DNA of 64,000 bases. Source: Fimbriosthenelais zetlandica. Lineage: Eukaryota. Both the position numbers and the translations under genes were made by a program. The notes below the pieces were generated by a model, which made no database searches, was not told the origin of the DNA, and saw nothing but the letters and a program-made list of their open reading frames with translations. Shown piece by piece: positions 13,701 through 25,850 of this stretch. The stretch covers positions 17,298,001 through 17,362,000 of the forward strand of contig OZ365113.1 in NCBI GenBank assembly GCA_977030845.1, read 5' to 3'. Every line of letters starts with the position of its first letter. Position 1 is the first letter of the stretch.

Positions 13701-15247
13701 AGTGGTCATCAATTTCCCTCGCCATGAGCAGTTGTTCATGAGCTTAAACGATAACTGGCTATGGAATAAGTATGTGTGTGTTTTATTCTACATTAATATT
13801 AAGCCAGTAGAGTAGGTTTTAGTGGTGCCATGAACCTATCCATGCAATGTACTATGCATGCCCTCATCACATGAAATGTGCCATATATCTCCATTACTGA
13901 AGTGCCCACAGTGTGGCGTACATTTATGGTCCCCGGGGGTACTATACTCCCTATGTTCTACACAATTACCATGGTATTTACATCAAAGAATACATTATTG
14001 TATTAACATGACCCTTTCAGCAAAGCATTCGCTCAAGTATCAAGAATAGTTAATGGATGCTGATGAATTAAAGATTCAAGACACAGAAAGCGAATAACAC
14101 TATTTTAAAGATAAAGATGAAAATAGAGGAAAAAGTGCTGAATTTGTGGTGCCTCAATTACTAATTAACGAAGGGTATGTATGATGACTGCTGTTTGGGT
14201 ATTATGTTAATATCAGTGCGTTGAGCTACAGACAGGGGTCGTTGAGCTCAGCTGTCATCAGTCCTTGCATCGCCTGCTCCATGATAGGATCTGAGGGCGT
14301 GTAATGGTTAGTGGTATATATATACTCACATGTGAATACCTAGATGTATGTCTAAGAGATCCTAACGGCTTAGCCTCCAGGCATGGAGATCCTCTCCTCA
14401 GGCCTGTCATCGCCAGATAACACCTATACAAGTATATAGCTGCTCATCTCCTCACAACTAAGAGCAACTCATGAGGGGAGGAAGATAACAGTTCAGGATC
14501 TCTCAGAGCTAAGCCCTCCTCCCACATTTTTTCACACAATTATAATGTCATTTATTCACAAGGTTTTGGAATTATTTTACATCCCACCAAAGTGCTATAA
14601 ATGCGTCGAAATCATCAGAAATATGAGCCTATCTATTTTGAGAGGCTTGGAGTTGAATGAATTTATAATTTGTTTTTACGATGCAACACCACATTTTATG
14701 GTGAAGATATCTAAATGAGATGACTTAACTTTTCATTGATAACAAGTTGAATGATATTTTGGTCTATGACCTGAGTAGGTGCAACATGTGTACTATGAGT
14801 ATACTAGATGAGGTTGTACACGGCAGGAGACCTGCTCTTTTTGTCTGAAGCAGTACAAAGCTCTTGCAGTGCAAGTAAATATCACTTGTGGACATATGAT
14901 ATTGATGATACAGGATCACAGGTGAGTGCTGTATGATGAGCTAGTACTAGATGAAGGATAGGAGAATTGTCAAAGGCTGCTTCAACTGCCTGTACAGACA
15001 TCATTAGTGTCGCTAATTGTAGGGTGTTCAACACTCAGTGTCTGAACAAACTTATGTCATGCTTCTGCATGTATGTGCAGTGACAACCATGCGTAGCTGC
15101 ATGGTGAAAATAATGGCCACTTAGCTATGTTAAAACATACATGTATTATAATACATCTGAGTTCAAGAGTTCATTTCCATTGCGACATTTCTGCAGATTG
15201 GTTATTATGTTGGATGAAATTCCCATGGCCATGAACTTCATTTCATG

Positions 15248-15528
15248 TTTTTTAGTTAGAATTTTTATAGAGCCATATTATTGGTGAAGCCAGCTCAAAC
15301 TCTTGATGATTCGAGTTTTCAGCTGGTAACTCTTTATCTACATGCTCATCTATATTGCCTTCTATGCAATATATATTTCTAGGTGCATGTACTCTAGAAC
15401 GTATGTACAACACCCCTGAGGAGGGAGGCATTGGAAATGCATTGGGCAGCTCGGGGATTGAACCGCCGACCCATCGATCATTGGTCAATCACCCTGCGTG
15501 AGCTGAGGCTCTAACCAACCAACTTCCC
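15248..15528 (-). mobile_element. tRNA-derived SINE family 1, copy A
   Basis: On the minus strand: GGTTAGAG (A-box side) and GGTTCAATCC (B box), a body of about 190 bp and an A-rich tail. Clearly alignable to 19738-20015 (roughly 80% identity by eye). Confidence 0.8.
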
Positions 15529-18390
15529 TCATGACTCGTGAAAGGGGTAACATTGTGATAGATTAAGATTCTGATCAAAAATCATCTTGGTTTTCGATGT
15601 GTGATTAAGATGCCTGTTGTACAGTTTGAGAGCCTACAAGAACAATGGGGGTTCCTTGCCTCATTCCCTATGAAAGTGAACTGGGCAACATGTGCATCAG
15701 CATTGGTGGGTCCATTGTTCTAGGACCACATAGTAATCCTACGACCTGACTACATGGTCTTTGGAGGAGTACCTATGAGTGATAGTGCTTGTCAGAGTAT
15801 GATGCTAAGCATCTATAACTCATGCCCACAAATATGGTAATCACACAGATTGCCGTGTTTCATTACCATAATTGATTAATTGGGCTACAAGCTTGTGAGA
15901 GAGTGGAAAGGGTGGTGCTCTAGGAGTGAATCTCATGATATGATCGACTTGATCATGGGTAATGAGTGTAGGCTCTGAGCATATATACAGTGTGAGGAGA
16001 GAAGAACCCATGTTAGCATGCCGCCATCCTTTAACAGATTCCTTTTGCAGAAATCACTATATGGGTTTAGTATCGTGAGAAGTATTTCATAATTTTGCAG
16101 AAGATACTCTTTATAGTATACCTATAAAACCAATTTAGTGTTTTGGGAATAAGGCATGGTTGGAGAGAGGTAGACACTACATAGAAGCACTAGTTTGCTC
16201 CATGTTGTCTGTGAGGAGCTAACATCAGATGGTTTACAGAATTATTTCTGGGTCACTCATTGATATTTGATGTCTGCCCCCCTGCCCATTTGGTCATAGG
16301 AGGTTGTGGGAACAGCAAGCATGTACTTAACCACTTGGTACCACAAGCATCCCTTTATAAATATCTATTTAATATGCATCTTTAAAATCGGTGGGTGGAA
16401 ATAACATAGGATTAGAATGATGCAGTATTGCTTTCTTTGATAATAGGTAGTAATCTGGTGGTCAATACGGGATTGCTCATGACAGGATATGGTTATGTCT
16501 ATTTATAATCTTAAGGTTTTTAAGATTAACTACTGGGAGTAGGAACAGAACAGAGCATGCATTTATTATGAGTGAAGATCGATATAGTCTTTGATACGTT
16601 AACGTTTTCGATGTCCCAGAAAGGCCAGATACCCAAGGTATATGTGGGTCAATTATTTGAGTACAGAGATGTGGGGAAATTGGCAGCTTTCATGGATTTG
16701 ACTTTACAGCCTTTTGGCAGTCTTCACAAAAGTATGCACTCTCCTTGACCTTGGTGATTTGTTCTTTGGCATTTGATATAGACCTCAGGGTCAGAACCTA
16801 ATACTATTATGACAATAGTTTGAGATCCAAAGATATCACAGATTATTACGAGCTAAACGATTCTAATTCATTTCTGCGGAGAAAATCCCATCGGATTATT
16901 GGTAGTATACATGTAATTGATAGATAATTAATAGTCATCTAATTAGATTTAATTCCCCTAGTGCCTAGGGTAGTGATCTAGCTATAGCCTGAATATAATT
17001 CCGGGCATTGTTGAAATGTATCAAATTAGTTAAGGAATCAGCATATTTAAAGGAAATTCCTGCTTGTTTATAAATCAAACATCCTGAAAATAAGGAATTC
17101 CAGGCAAAATTGAATATAGAATTATTGCTATCAAGCATATGTTGTTAAAAGTGTTCATTTGTCCATGCCTCCATTCCAAGTCTGGAAATCTACCACACCC
17201 GAAAATAAGTGAAATGAGGTTCCCAAGCCTCAGACAAAACCTACGCCTGTTTGTGGGAAACAAACAGGCCTGATGGATGGAGTCTCTCTGCATCCTTCCC
17301 TGCCTTTGGATCAACAGAAGCTCATGTTTGTGGGGACCCCTGTGCATTTTTACTGAAAGTCTTTTTGTGAAATTTTCTTCCACAAGAGGGAAGTTCTCTC
17401 CTCAGTCACAGGTCTTTTATTTCCAACAGGACCGTTCATCACTGGGACGGCAAAGTCAAGTAGAAAGATAAAGTATTCCCCATTTGTATCTCTAATTCAC
17501 CCTCTAACTTTTCAATGCTTCCATGAACATGTTAAACCTAATAACTGGGCTTTCAAAGCTTAGTACATCTTTCCAGATGGTTATTTTTCATGAAAAACAT
17601 ATTTGCTTCATCAGGCCCTATAGCATTACTCCAGGTGGAGTACTTGGCCAGGGTATCCAATATATTATAAATACTGAAAACCATTATATGCAGGCGTGTA
17701 GTTGAAGCCTTTGCTTTTCATACTGAGAGGATAAACACCTTCATTTTTATTGCCAACACAATATATATGTGTTATTGGTGACCCAGGAAGCCCCCTGCTT
17801 GCTCTCAACCCATCAAATGTAACACTATTTTAGGCCCTGGAAAAGGTGCTCCTCAGTTATATAGCCAGAAAGTGATGGGAAGCGACTCAGTAGTCTCAGT
17901 ATCATAATTCCTTGAATAAGAAAAATGATGGAACGTGATGTCAGGATCCCAGACAAAAGGTTATCAGAGCATGGCATACCATTGTGATTGCAAGGATGAC
18001 CCTCCAGCTAAATGGGAAGGAGACAAGGAAATGCCAGAGTTGATATAATATTTTTCTCATGGGATAAAGGATTGGCCCGTTCTGCTAACTAAAAATTCAG
18101 AGATGCATTGGTGTAATAACCGGGCAATACCTCTTTGCCACCTGTGACTGTTGCTGGTTGGAAACATTGAATTGGTTATAACAATTCCCGACAGAAAAAA
18201 TCTGTCTATACAAGCGAGGAGAAAATGAAATATGATGGTCCACACTCACGGCGTTTATGCATTATAGAGACTAAAGCTAAGTATAGATGTCAAGAGGAAG
18301 GCAAGTTGAGAATATGAAGTAATTTTTTCATTTGCGACCAAGCTTTTATATGGTACCTAAGTAAAGTTTCCACACCGGGTTCCCACACAA

Positions 18391-20138
18391 ATCAAATTAT
18401 ATCAAACTATATCAAATAAACTGAAATAGAAGTTTAAAAAACACATATATTTTTCCAAATCAAATTACAATGTATTCGATTCTGGAATAACACTTAAAAA
18501 GTATTTGTTAATTGCTTACCTTAGTCCTAGATTAGTCCTTAGTCTTAGATTACTTACTTGGTACAAGTTGTTGGGTAACAACTACAGTCAGGGATGGGTT
18601 GTAAAGACGGTGTCTGTACTTTTATATATGGTGTCTGTTTCCAAAGATTTTCCTCCATGTTTCGGGCCATCCATCTTATGTGATCTCGGAAAACTATCTG
18701 CTCACTCCGACACGTGTCCTGGTCATCATTGTTGGGGTAAGAATCCTGATGCTAGCCTATTTCCACGTCTGGTCAGGTGGGTTGTCGCCCACAGGACCAA
18801 GGGTCATACCTGTGGAAAAGACACCAAACTTACTATCAATTTAAATAATGAAACAGGTAAATAAATGTGTCAAGTTAGCAACATTATAATCTCTAATATT
18901 TATTTCCACAAAAAGTGTCCGAATGTTGACCGAAGCGTATACCTCTTGGAAGGAAAAGATATCATCCCAACAGTATACCAAACATAGTCAGTGTAACCCC
19001 ATGTATATACCCAGGATTGTGTGGGAGAGGGGGTATAGGGGGTTACGTCGTCGACCCCAGATGGAATTTTATAAGGGGTTAAGGGTATAACAGAGGGTCG
19101 AAAAAGGCTATTCTAAAGGGCGGCACATCCCCAGTGATCAAATTATATCAAACTATATTAAATAAACTGAAGTAGAAGTTTAAAAAAACACATCAGGTTA
19201 GATATGATTCACATGATAGCTGCTGACATTAATTTTATCCAAATCAAATTACAATGTATTCGCTTCGGGAATAAGACTTAAAAAGTATTTGTTAATTGCT
19301 TACCTTAGTCCTAGATTAGTCCTTAGTCCTAGATTACTTACTTGGTACAAGTTGTTGGGTAACAACTACAGTCAGGGATGGGTTGTAAAGACGGTGTCTG
19401 TACTTTTATATATGGTGTCTGTTTCCAAAGATTTTCCTCCATGATTCGGCGGTCATCATTGGTGGGGTTGGTGTCCTGATGCTAGCCTAGTTTCGGGCCA
19501 TCCATCTGCACACTCCGACACTATTTCCACGTCTGGTCATGTGGGTTGTCGCCCACAGGACCAAGGACCATACCTGTGGAAAAGACACCAAACTTACTAT
19601 TAATGTAAATAATGAAACAGGTAAATTAATGTGTCAAGTTAGCAACATTATAATCTCTAATATTTATTTCCACAAAAAGTGTCCGAATGTTGACAGAAGC
19701 GTATACCTCTTGGAAGGAAAGAATATCATCCCAACAGTTTTTTTTTAGTTAGAATTTGTATAGAGCCTGTTATGGGTGACTACCAGCTCACTCAAGTTTC
19801 TCGTATGATTTTCAGCTGGGGGCTCTTTCTATGTGCATTACCTTCTGTGCGATGGATATTTCTATAGGTGCATGTGCTCGAGAACATATGTACAACTGTG
19901 AGGAGGGAGACATTGGAAATGCCTTGGACAGCTCGGGGGATTGAACCGCCGACCCTTCGATCATTGGTCAACTACCCTGTGTGAGCTGGCGCTCTAACCA
20001 ACTGAGTTAACTCCCCTCCTTGTGTGGGACAGGGGGTATAGGGGATTACCTCGTCCACCCTAGATGGAATTTTATAAGGGGTTAAGGGTCGAGGTTCGCA
20101 AAAGGCTATCCTAAAGGGCGGCACATCCCTAGTGACCA
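18391..20138. repeat. Two-unit tandem duplication (unit about 746 bp), second unit interrupted by a SINE
   Basis: 18391-18973 matches 19137-19737 and 19017-19136 matches about 20019-20138, with high identity, small indels and an internal block swap. Confidence 0.95.
19738..20015 (-). mobile_element. tRNA-derived SINE family 1, copy B
   Basis: Minus strand head gagtTAACTCAGTTGGTTAGAGCG...GGTTCAATCCC, the same body as 15248-15528, and a poly-A tail (T run at 19738-19746 on +). Confidence 0.85.
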
Positions 20139-20569
20139 TAGAGGGAGAGCTCCCCCCACGGTGTACATTGAATTTAATATTAGGCCTTAGCATACTACTG
20201 GGTCAGCATAGAATTGTTGGAACTAGGCCTACTAAAAGTCAATCTCCTAACCTGGCTTTTATTTTGAAGGGGGGTGTTTGGGTGATCCCAAGTCAAATTC
20301 CCGACTTTCATGGCCGTCAGCCACAATACCAGCTCACTAGCCTATTTAATTCTTCCCCTATTTGTCTCAGCCTATTTAAAAGTTAACAGTGTTTAGCTGA
20401 AATAGTCTAACTCTTATCCTACACAGGTTTTCATTCCCCAACGCAAGTTAATACCCTACTATGGCATTTTGCACCTTTTATCGCTCACTGGTTAGAACCT
20501 GACAATGCCCAGGTTGACAAGTTTGATTGGCTGTTTGTGCCAATTTCAAGTGACTTTGATGGGATAATT

Positions 20570-20759
20570 TTCCTGTGCGCCAGTCACAAACAGCGATAAC
20601 CAAGCCGGCCAGTCACAAACAGCGATAACGAAGGTCCTGTGACCGGCTGAAAAGTATAGTTGTAGCAAGTTGTAGACGAAAGCGTGCTGCCATACCGGGA
20701 ATCGAGCCCAGGACCTCTCACAATAGAAGCGAGTGTTCTAACCACTATACCATCCTGAC
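20570..20759 (-). mobile_element. tRNA-derived SINE-like element, family 2 (tRNA-Pro-like head), with an internal 29-bp tandem repeat
   Basis: Minus strand TGGTATAGTGGTTAG ... CTCGCTTCTATTGTGAGAGGTCCTGGGCTCGATTCCCGG at 20688-20759 with a broken acceptor stem. GCCAGTCACAAACAGCGATAACnAAG occurs twice at 20579-20633. Confidence 0.65.
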
Positions 20760-20872
20760 TCACACTTTCTCATTGCTACCCAGATCACCACACAAGTAAG
20801 AGCATAGATGTGAAGGCACTCAAACTAGGGAGGTGGGTCGGGGTGCGAGGTCAGGATAAAACTAGGCTATGT

Positions 20873-20896
20873 GGGCGGGTGGGTAGGTGGGTGGGG
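20873..20896 (+). other. Potential G-quadruplex GGGCGGGTGGGTAGGTGGGTGGGG
   Basis: Five runs of three or more G with short loops. Confidence 0.55.
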
Positions 20897-21024
20897 AAGC
20901 TTAGTATGGCCACCAAAGGAAATGTACATGGTCGAGTATAACACCGATTAAAGTGAACTCTGCAGGGAGACAAAAATAGTACTTTCTTACCATTTTTGAT
21001 TGGTAAACAGTGTCGGGTATTAAC

Positions 21025-21151
21025 GGGATCAATGACCTCGCCTGGATTGGCTCGGCAGGTTAGAGAAAAGCTATTGACTTCGGGCCTGACGGCCCTCAGT
21101 CATAGCTTTTCTCTAACCTGCCTCGCCAATCCAGGCTCGGTCATTAATCCC
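21025..21151. repeat. Long imperfect palindrome (62/61-nt arms, 4-nt loop), probably a MITE-like hairpin element
   Basis: Arms 21025-21086 and 21091-21151 are reverse complements apart from three TC/TC doublets, one C/A mismatch and one bulge. Confidence 0.92.
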
Positions 21152-24100
21152 TAATTAGTAAGCCTTATAGTCTACATAATCTACCAGTTAGACTATGTAC
21201 AGTGAGACAGCAGCAAACCGCGGCAGTGCGGTTCTACTTTCCCCAGCAAAAACTGATCATTCTAGGTATGTCAAACCTATAAACTTCAAGAAAGTCATCA
21301 AAAGAGATACACAACATCACACTCTGTAAGCTTACCTGGTTTTAGTGTCATGTAATTTCGCATGCAATGTAGAAATATGGAAAATATCAGCCGGACGCTT
21401 CGGCGGAGAGGCGAGGCACGTGTTCTGTGCACATAAATGATCGTGATGTCACAGGTTTGTGCGTACAGGTCTACACGTGATCAGCGATGTCGCTGGCCTG
21501 GGGCCTGCCAGGGCGCCACTGGTGGAACGGGGGGGGACTGCCTTGCACACATGCATGTAGGCCTTCATAGGGCCTAGGCTACAATTCCTGTCTTTTTTCT
21601 AAACCTTCCCTAACCCCCTACTGACTATAGGCTCTAATGGTTCTGAAGTGAATGGAAAACACCAAAATAATGCCCCTTTTTTCCATTCCTCCCCTAAAGT
21701 TTTGTGGAAGAACCTCCGGGGAAATCACAGCTCTTGAGTTTTTGGACCTAAATTTATTGTCTGTTAGCTGAGGTATTAATTGTCAAATCCCACAGGTTCT
21801 AACTGACCTATCTCCACAGACCAATGTTGAGAGATTGTAGGCCTACCAGATTGTGATAACATGATCGAAGACATCTATTTTTTACTGCTGACATGCCTCT
21901 TTATGCATGGAAAAAAAACTTTAGTGAAATAACGAAAGGTCTTACGGTACCATTAAGATTTCTATTTAACTTTCACTACACAAGGAGACAGGGTAGACCC
22001 TAGGCCTATGGTCGCTTTAGCCTATGGTTGTACAATGGGGGGTACAACCATAGGCTCCTCAAATGAATTTTGTAGGCCCTATGGTATATCAGCTCGCCGT
22101 TTCAGTGAAAATGGGTCAATAAAATCGGGTAGGCTACCTGACTTTGCATTAAAGCTGTCTTAGATAATTGAGACCTAGAAGAGAAACCCAGACATATAAA
22201 AAATATTTGGCAGGGTCGATCTTATGGAGACGTTTGTAGGCAATCTAGTGGAAGGCTTTGCCTTATCAACTGCCAAATATAGTGCAACTACAAAGGCTCC
22301 ATTCCCTGCCTCGTTCCACTCACATGGGCGAGTAATAGGGCCGTGTTGATTACTCCATATGCCTCATACAGAAATAGCTCCGTCCCCAAATATTGGGCCA
22401 CTCGGCATAATAAATTGTCATTAATTCATGGACCCCCCTGGCCAAAGGACAATTTACATTCCTTCAGATATTATACCTTTTGTGGTGAGGCCATAAAGTG
22501 TTCACTGTCGATGATTGCCATAAGTGGGTTGAGGTTATGGTGTTAGATATTTTAAAGCCTTAGAAGTTTATAGGCCTACCTTTACTTTTGCTGGAAAGTC
22601 ATACTCCAAGCATTATTCCATAATTTATGAACCTCACAAAAAATCACTTATGTTTCAATGAAAGGGTCCTATTTTACCTGGGTCCTACATATACCTGCTA
22701 TTCTATCGAGCTTTTCATGGCTGCATTTTACATCTCTGTATAAAACAGAATGGTTTGATATGGCAGGGAATGGATTTCAAGACACGCAGACTTCACTCGC
22801 CCAGGCATACCTGCCACCTCAGTCGCCACAATTGATTCTCCCAGCTCAATTCTCCCCCATGCATCACTGTCATCACAGTCAAAGCAGAATTTCCTTTGGT
22901 ACATAAAAATCCCCAATGTCATAATGGTCTTTGGAATAAGATGGAAATGAAAGGGATCCGGAAAATACTTGGCTAAATAACCATGATTAGTAATAGTATT
23001 GCCATTTTGATATTTGATTCTTTATCAGCTTTGGAGCTTTGTGATGCCCCAACCTTTGTATCCATCAAGGAAAAGGGACTAGTAATATAAGATAATAATA
23101 TCTTTGCCGACTGAGTGCATAAATTTGCTCTAGAGTGCACTCTCTTTGTGGTATAAAATATACATTCGTTTTCTCGACATGTAATAGCTACAATTACGAT
23201 GATTTAATCAGGTGAATAGGCAGATATTGACCAGTTATAAATGGCAATGCAATGCTATGTTACCTCAGTTGATTTTGAAGAGAAAAACGTTAAGAGAATT
23301 TATACAGGAATATTTATAGGCACGGCATTCCACGGCTAGCAAGTTTTATATAGAAGTAAATTCGTCCTTGGTGACAGTGTTGTGGAATCTTGTGGACCCA
23401 TTTACTGAACAAAGACACGATGAGTTTCACCATTAATGATTATGTCCTTGAATGTCCTTTTTCCTGCTCTGGAGAAATACCTGCTCCAGGATGATAAATA
23501 ATTACCTTGGATTTAATTAAAGTTAATATACTTTTTAAATATAATTCATTACATCCACATTTCCAAAGTTTGTTTTCGCATATATGGCTATGGATAGAAC
23601 GAGTAAAGCAACTAATATTTACAAACATTTAGAGATACAGCCCTAAAAGGAATCTTAAATACGCAATATATCAAAAGCATTTTGATCATCTCCTTTTTCA
23701 CAGTGAGAGGGTCATGCGCCCCTCTTCTGCGAGGCCAAAGTCTGCAGGAGCACTCTTCAAATGTGATCCTCTCGAGTGGGCCATCTCTCACCCCTGCCAT
23801 GTCCGGCCAGCACAACTGGCTAGCCTCTCCTGACAGATGTTAATCTCACTGGTCACAATGGCCCACATGCCTTCATGCATCGTGTACCTATTGATCGGCA
23901 AAATCTATCGAACAAATAGTATCCATACACTTGAGAGGTCTGTCACACGGCGCTTTGACCTTGAGTTTACCACAGTCCCCTGTGACCAGTGGTCAAATGG
24001 GGACAATTGTTGTTAACACTATAGACATATCGCCTTCAATATTCTCCCCCTCCCACTCCTCTCTCCTTCAACAGAGGGGAAATAAATATGCAGTGACTGT

Positions 24101-24673
24101 GATTTCCCTCTTCGCCTCTATATCGGATAGCGAGGATGACACTGTGGGGAGTGGCCATCAATAGTAGCAGCGATCTAATTTATTTTATCGGTCTCAATTC
24201 TACTGCATGTGGCTTTCTGATAGAGTAGGACCTTTTTTTGTGAAGAATGGCCTCGGCAAACAAAGCTTCTGGAATATAGGCAGGTCAGGGGAGATGTCAT
24301 CTGATAGCGGCACTTCTGGAAGTAGGCCGATTACCCCCCTGTCCAACCAGGTTCAATGCCCGTGATAACCTTGTCAGAGGATTGGGTTTGCCAAAAAGGG
24401 TAATCATATCCATCAGGAGAAAATGCACTGGGCTCCTTTTTATCAACGGGGCAGTATGCAATATTCCTTTCAGGAATATGAAAGGGTGACATGTTCAATT
24501 ACTCCTGGACAAAAGTACAACCGCAGATCATGATGTTTTTCTTTCAGGGTTGACATATGTATTGCTGGATTCTTAAAACAATGTCCCAAGTGGCGTTTAC
24601 TAAGATAGTGTATCATAGATATTTATCTTAAATACATGTATCTAACCAGAATTAAAAGATAATAACCAGTGGT

Positions 24674-24769
24674 CAGTGGGGCGTAGCTAAGGGGGGTTCG
24701 GGGGGTAGGTTTTTGACCCCCCCCCCCCCCCACTAATGAGGTCCAGCAAAAATTCTAGCTACGCCCCTG
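24674..24769. mobile_element. Short MITE / non-autonomous DNA transposon with GGGGCGTAGCTA terminal inverted repeats
   Basis: cagtGGGGCGTAGCTA (24674-24689) and TAGCTACGCCCCtg (24756-24769), with internal G and C runs. No clear target-site duplication. Confidence 0.7.
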
Positions 24770-25489
24770 AAAAACGATAATTTTCTGAACTTTTATAAAC
24801 TGATTGCAGGATGATTGAACAAAATGAAACAAGCCTGCTCCTGTCAGAAAACACCCTGGTGTTATAAGTCATCTCCGTACAGGATATTTCATCCGTACGT
24901 CACGGCCGCTTCATGTTTAATCATTCAGCAATTACATTACTTTTCCCTTGAGCCTTTCCATCCAGAAGCTCCCCCATTCTTCTCCTAAACTTTCATCTTT
25001 CCTTGATGTGCCTCTGTTGTAGACTTATTAAAGCTCGATTTCCATCAATTATCACACAATCCACAGAAGATCGTTCATTGAAATTAATGATTGACAGCTC
25101 TGGGATTTGTCATCAGCCGACGTAGAAATGGCCATGTGAGGGAATGATATAGGGGACTTTACATAGGGGACTTTAATACTGCTGGACCCATGTTGTTTAA
25201 GCTCCATTACTTTGACAATTAGCTCATGGGACAGTAAGGTGTCTGAGTCTTATCCATGATGTCAATATAGGACTCTATAAATATGACCATTGGAGAGGCC
25301 ACAGAAAAAAATATCCACCTAAAGGAAAAACAAGAAAATCATCGGAAAAAACAGATCGTTTGCAAATCTCGTCTCCTTTCGACAGTCCATTTCTGAATGT
25401 AGAGTCTGGAAAATATAACAATTGACCAGAATTGATAAGCTCGGAGGCAGCATGCTGCATCAGAGGCCGATAATGAGCCATAGAGAAGG

Positions 25490-25850
25490 ATGTCGGTCAG
25501 CTTCTGACATCAAACCAATGACAGATTGACATCTTGCTGTTTGTAGGGGACTTCATCTTCCTTCTATAATCCATCCCTTTACACACACACATAATGATCC
25601 ACGCCCAACCTGCCTTCATCAAACCCCTGCTGCAATCGATCTGGACACCAGAGCTTCATGTCCTTCCACACCCTGTGCCTCACTAAACCCCTTATACCCT
25701 TCTCCCTCCTGCATTCATTCTCTCTGGCCCTCTTGCCTCTCACTCTCTCCACTCTCCTCATGGTCTCAGGCCCTGCCAGCTTGACACTCTGTATAGCAGG
25801 CAATCTGAAGGTTCTCCTTATCTCCGCCATCTTCTCCTCGCACAGATTCT
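25490..25850 (-). mobile_element. Decayed non-LTR retrotransposon (LINE) reverse transcriptase fragment
   Basis: Minus-strand translation gives KLAGPET, KGIRGL and QQGFDEGRLGVDH in the order of the LINE RT motifs KAxGPDG, RGISL and QxGFRxGRSxxD, followed by a frameshifted FDVRK/A-like segment. Motif spacing is shorter than normal. Confidence 0.45.

Noticed and set aside
20688-20759. tRNA-like sequence with a CTA anticodon (apparent amber suppressor)
   Set aside because: The acceptor stem does not pair, the B box is altered (GGCTCGA) and loop positions 37-38 are TT; it is a SINE head or pseudogene.
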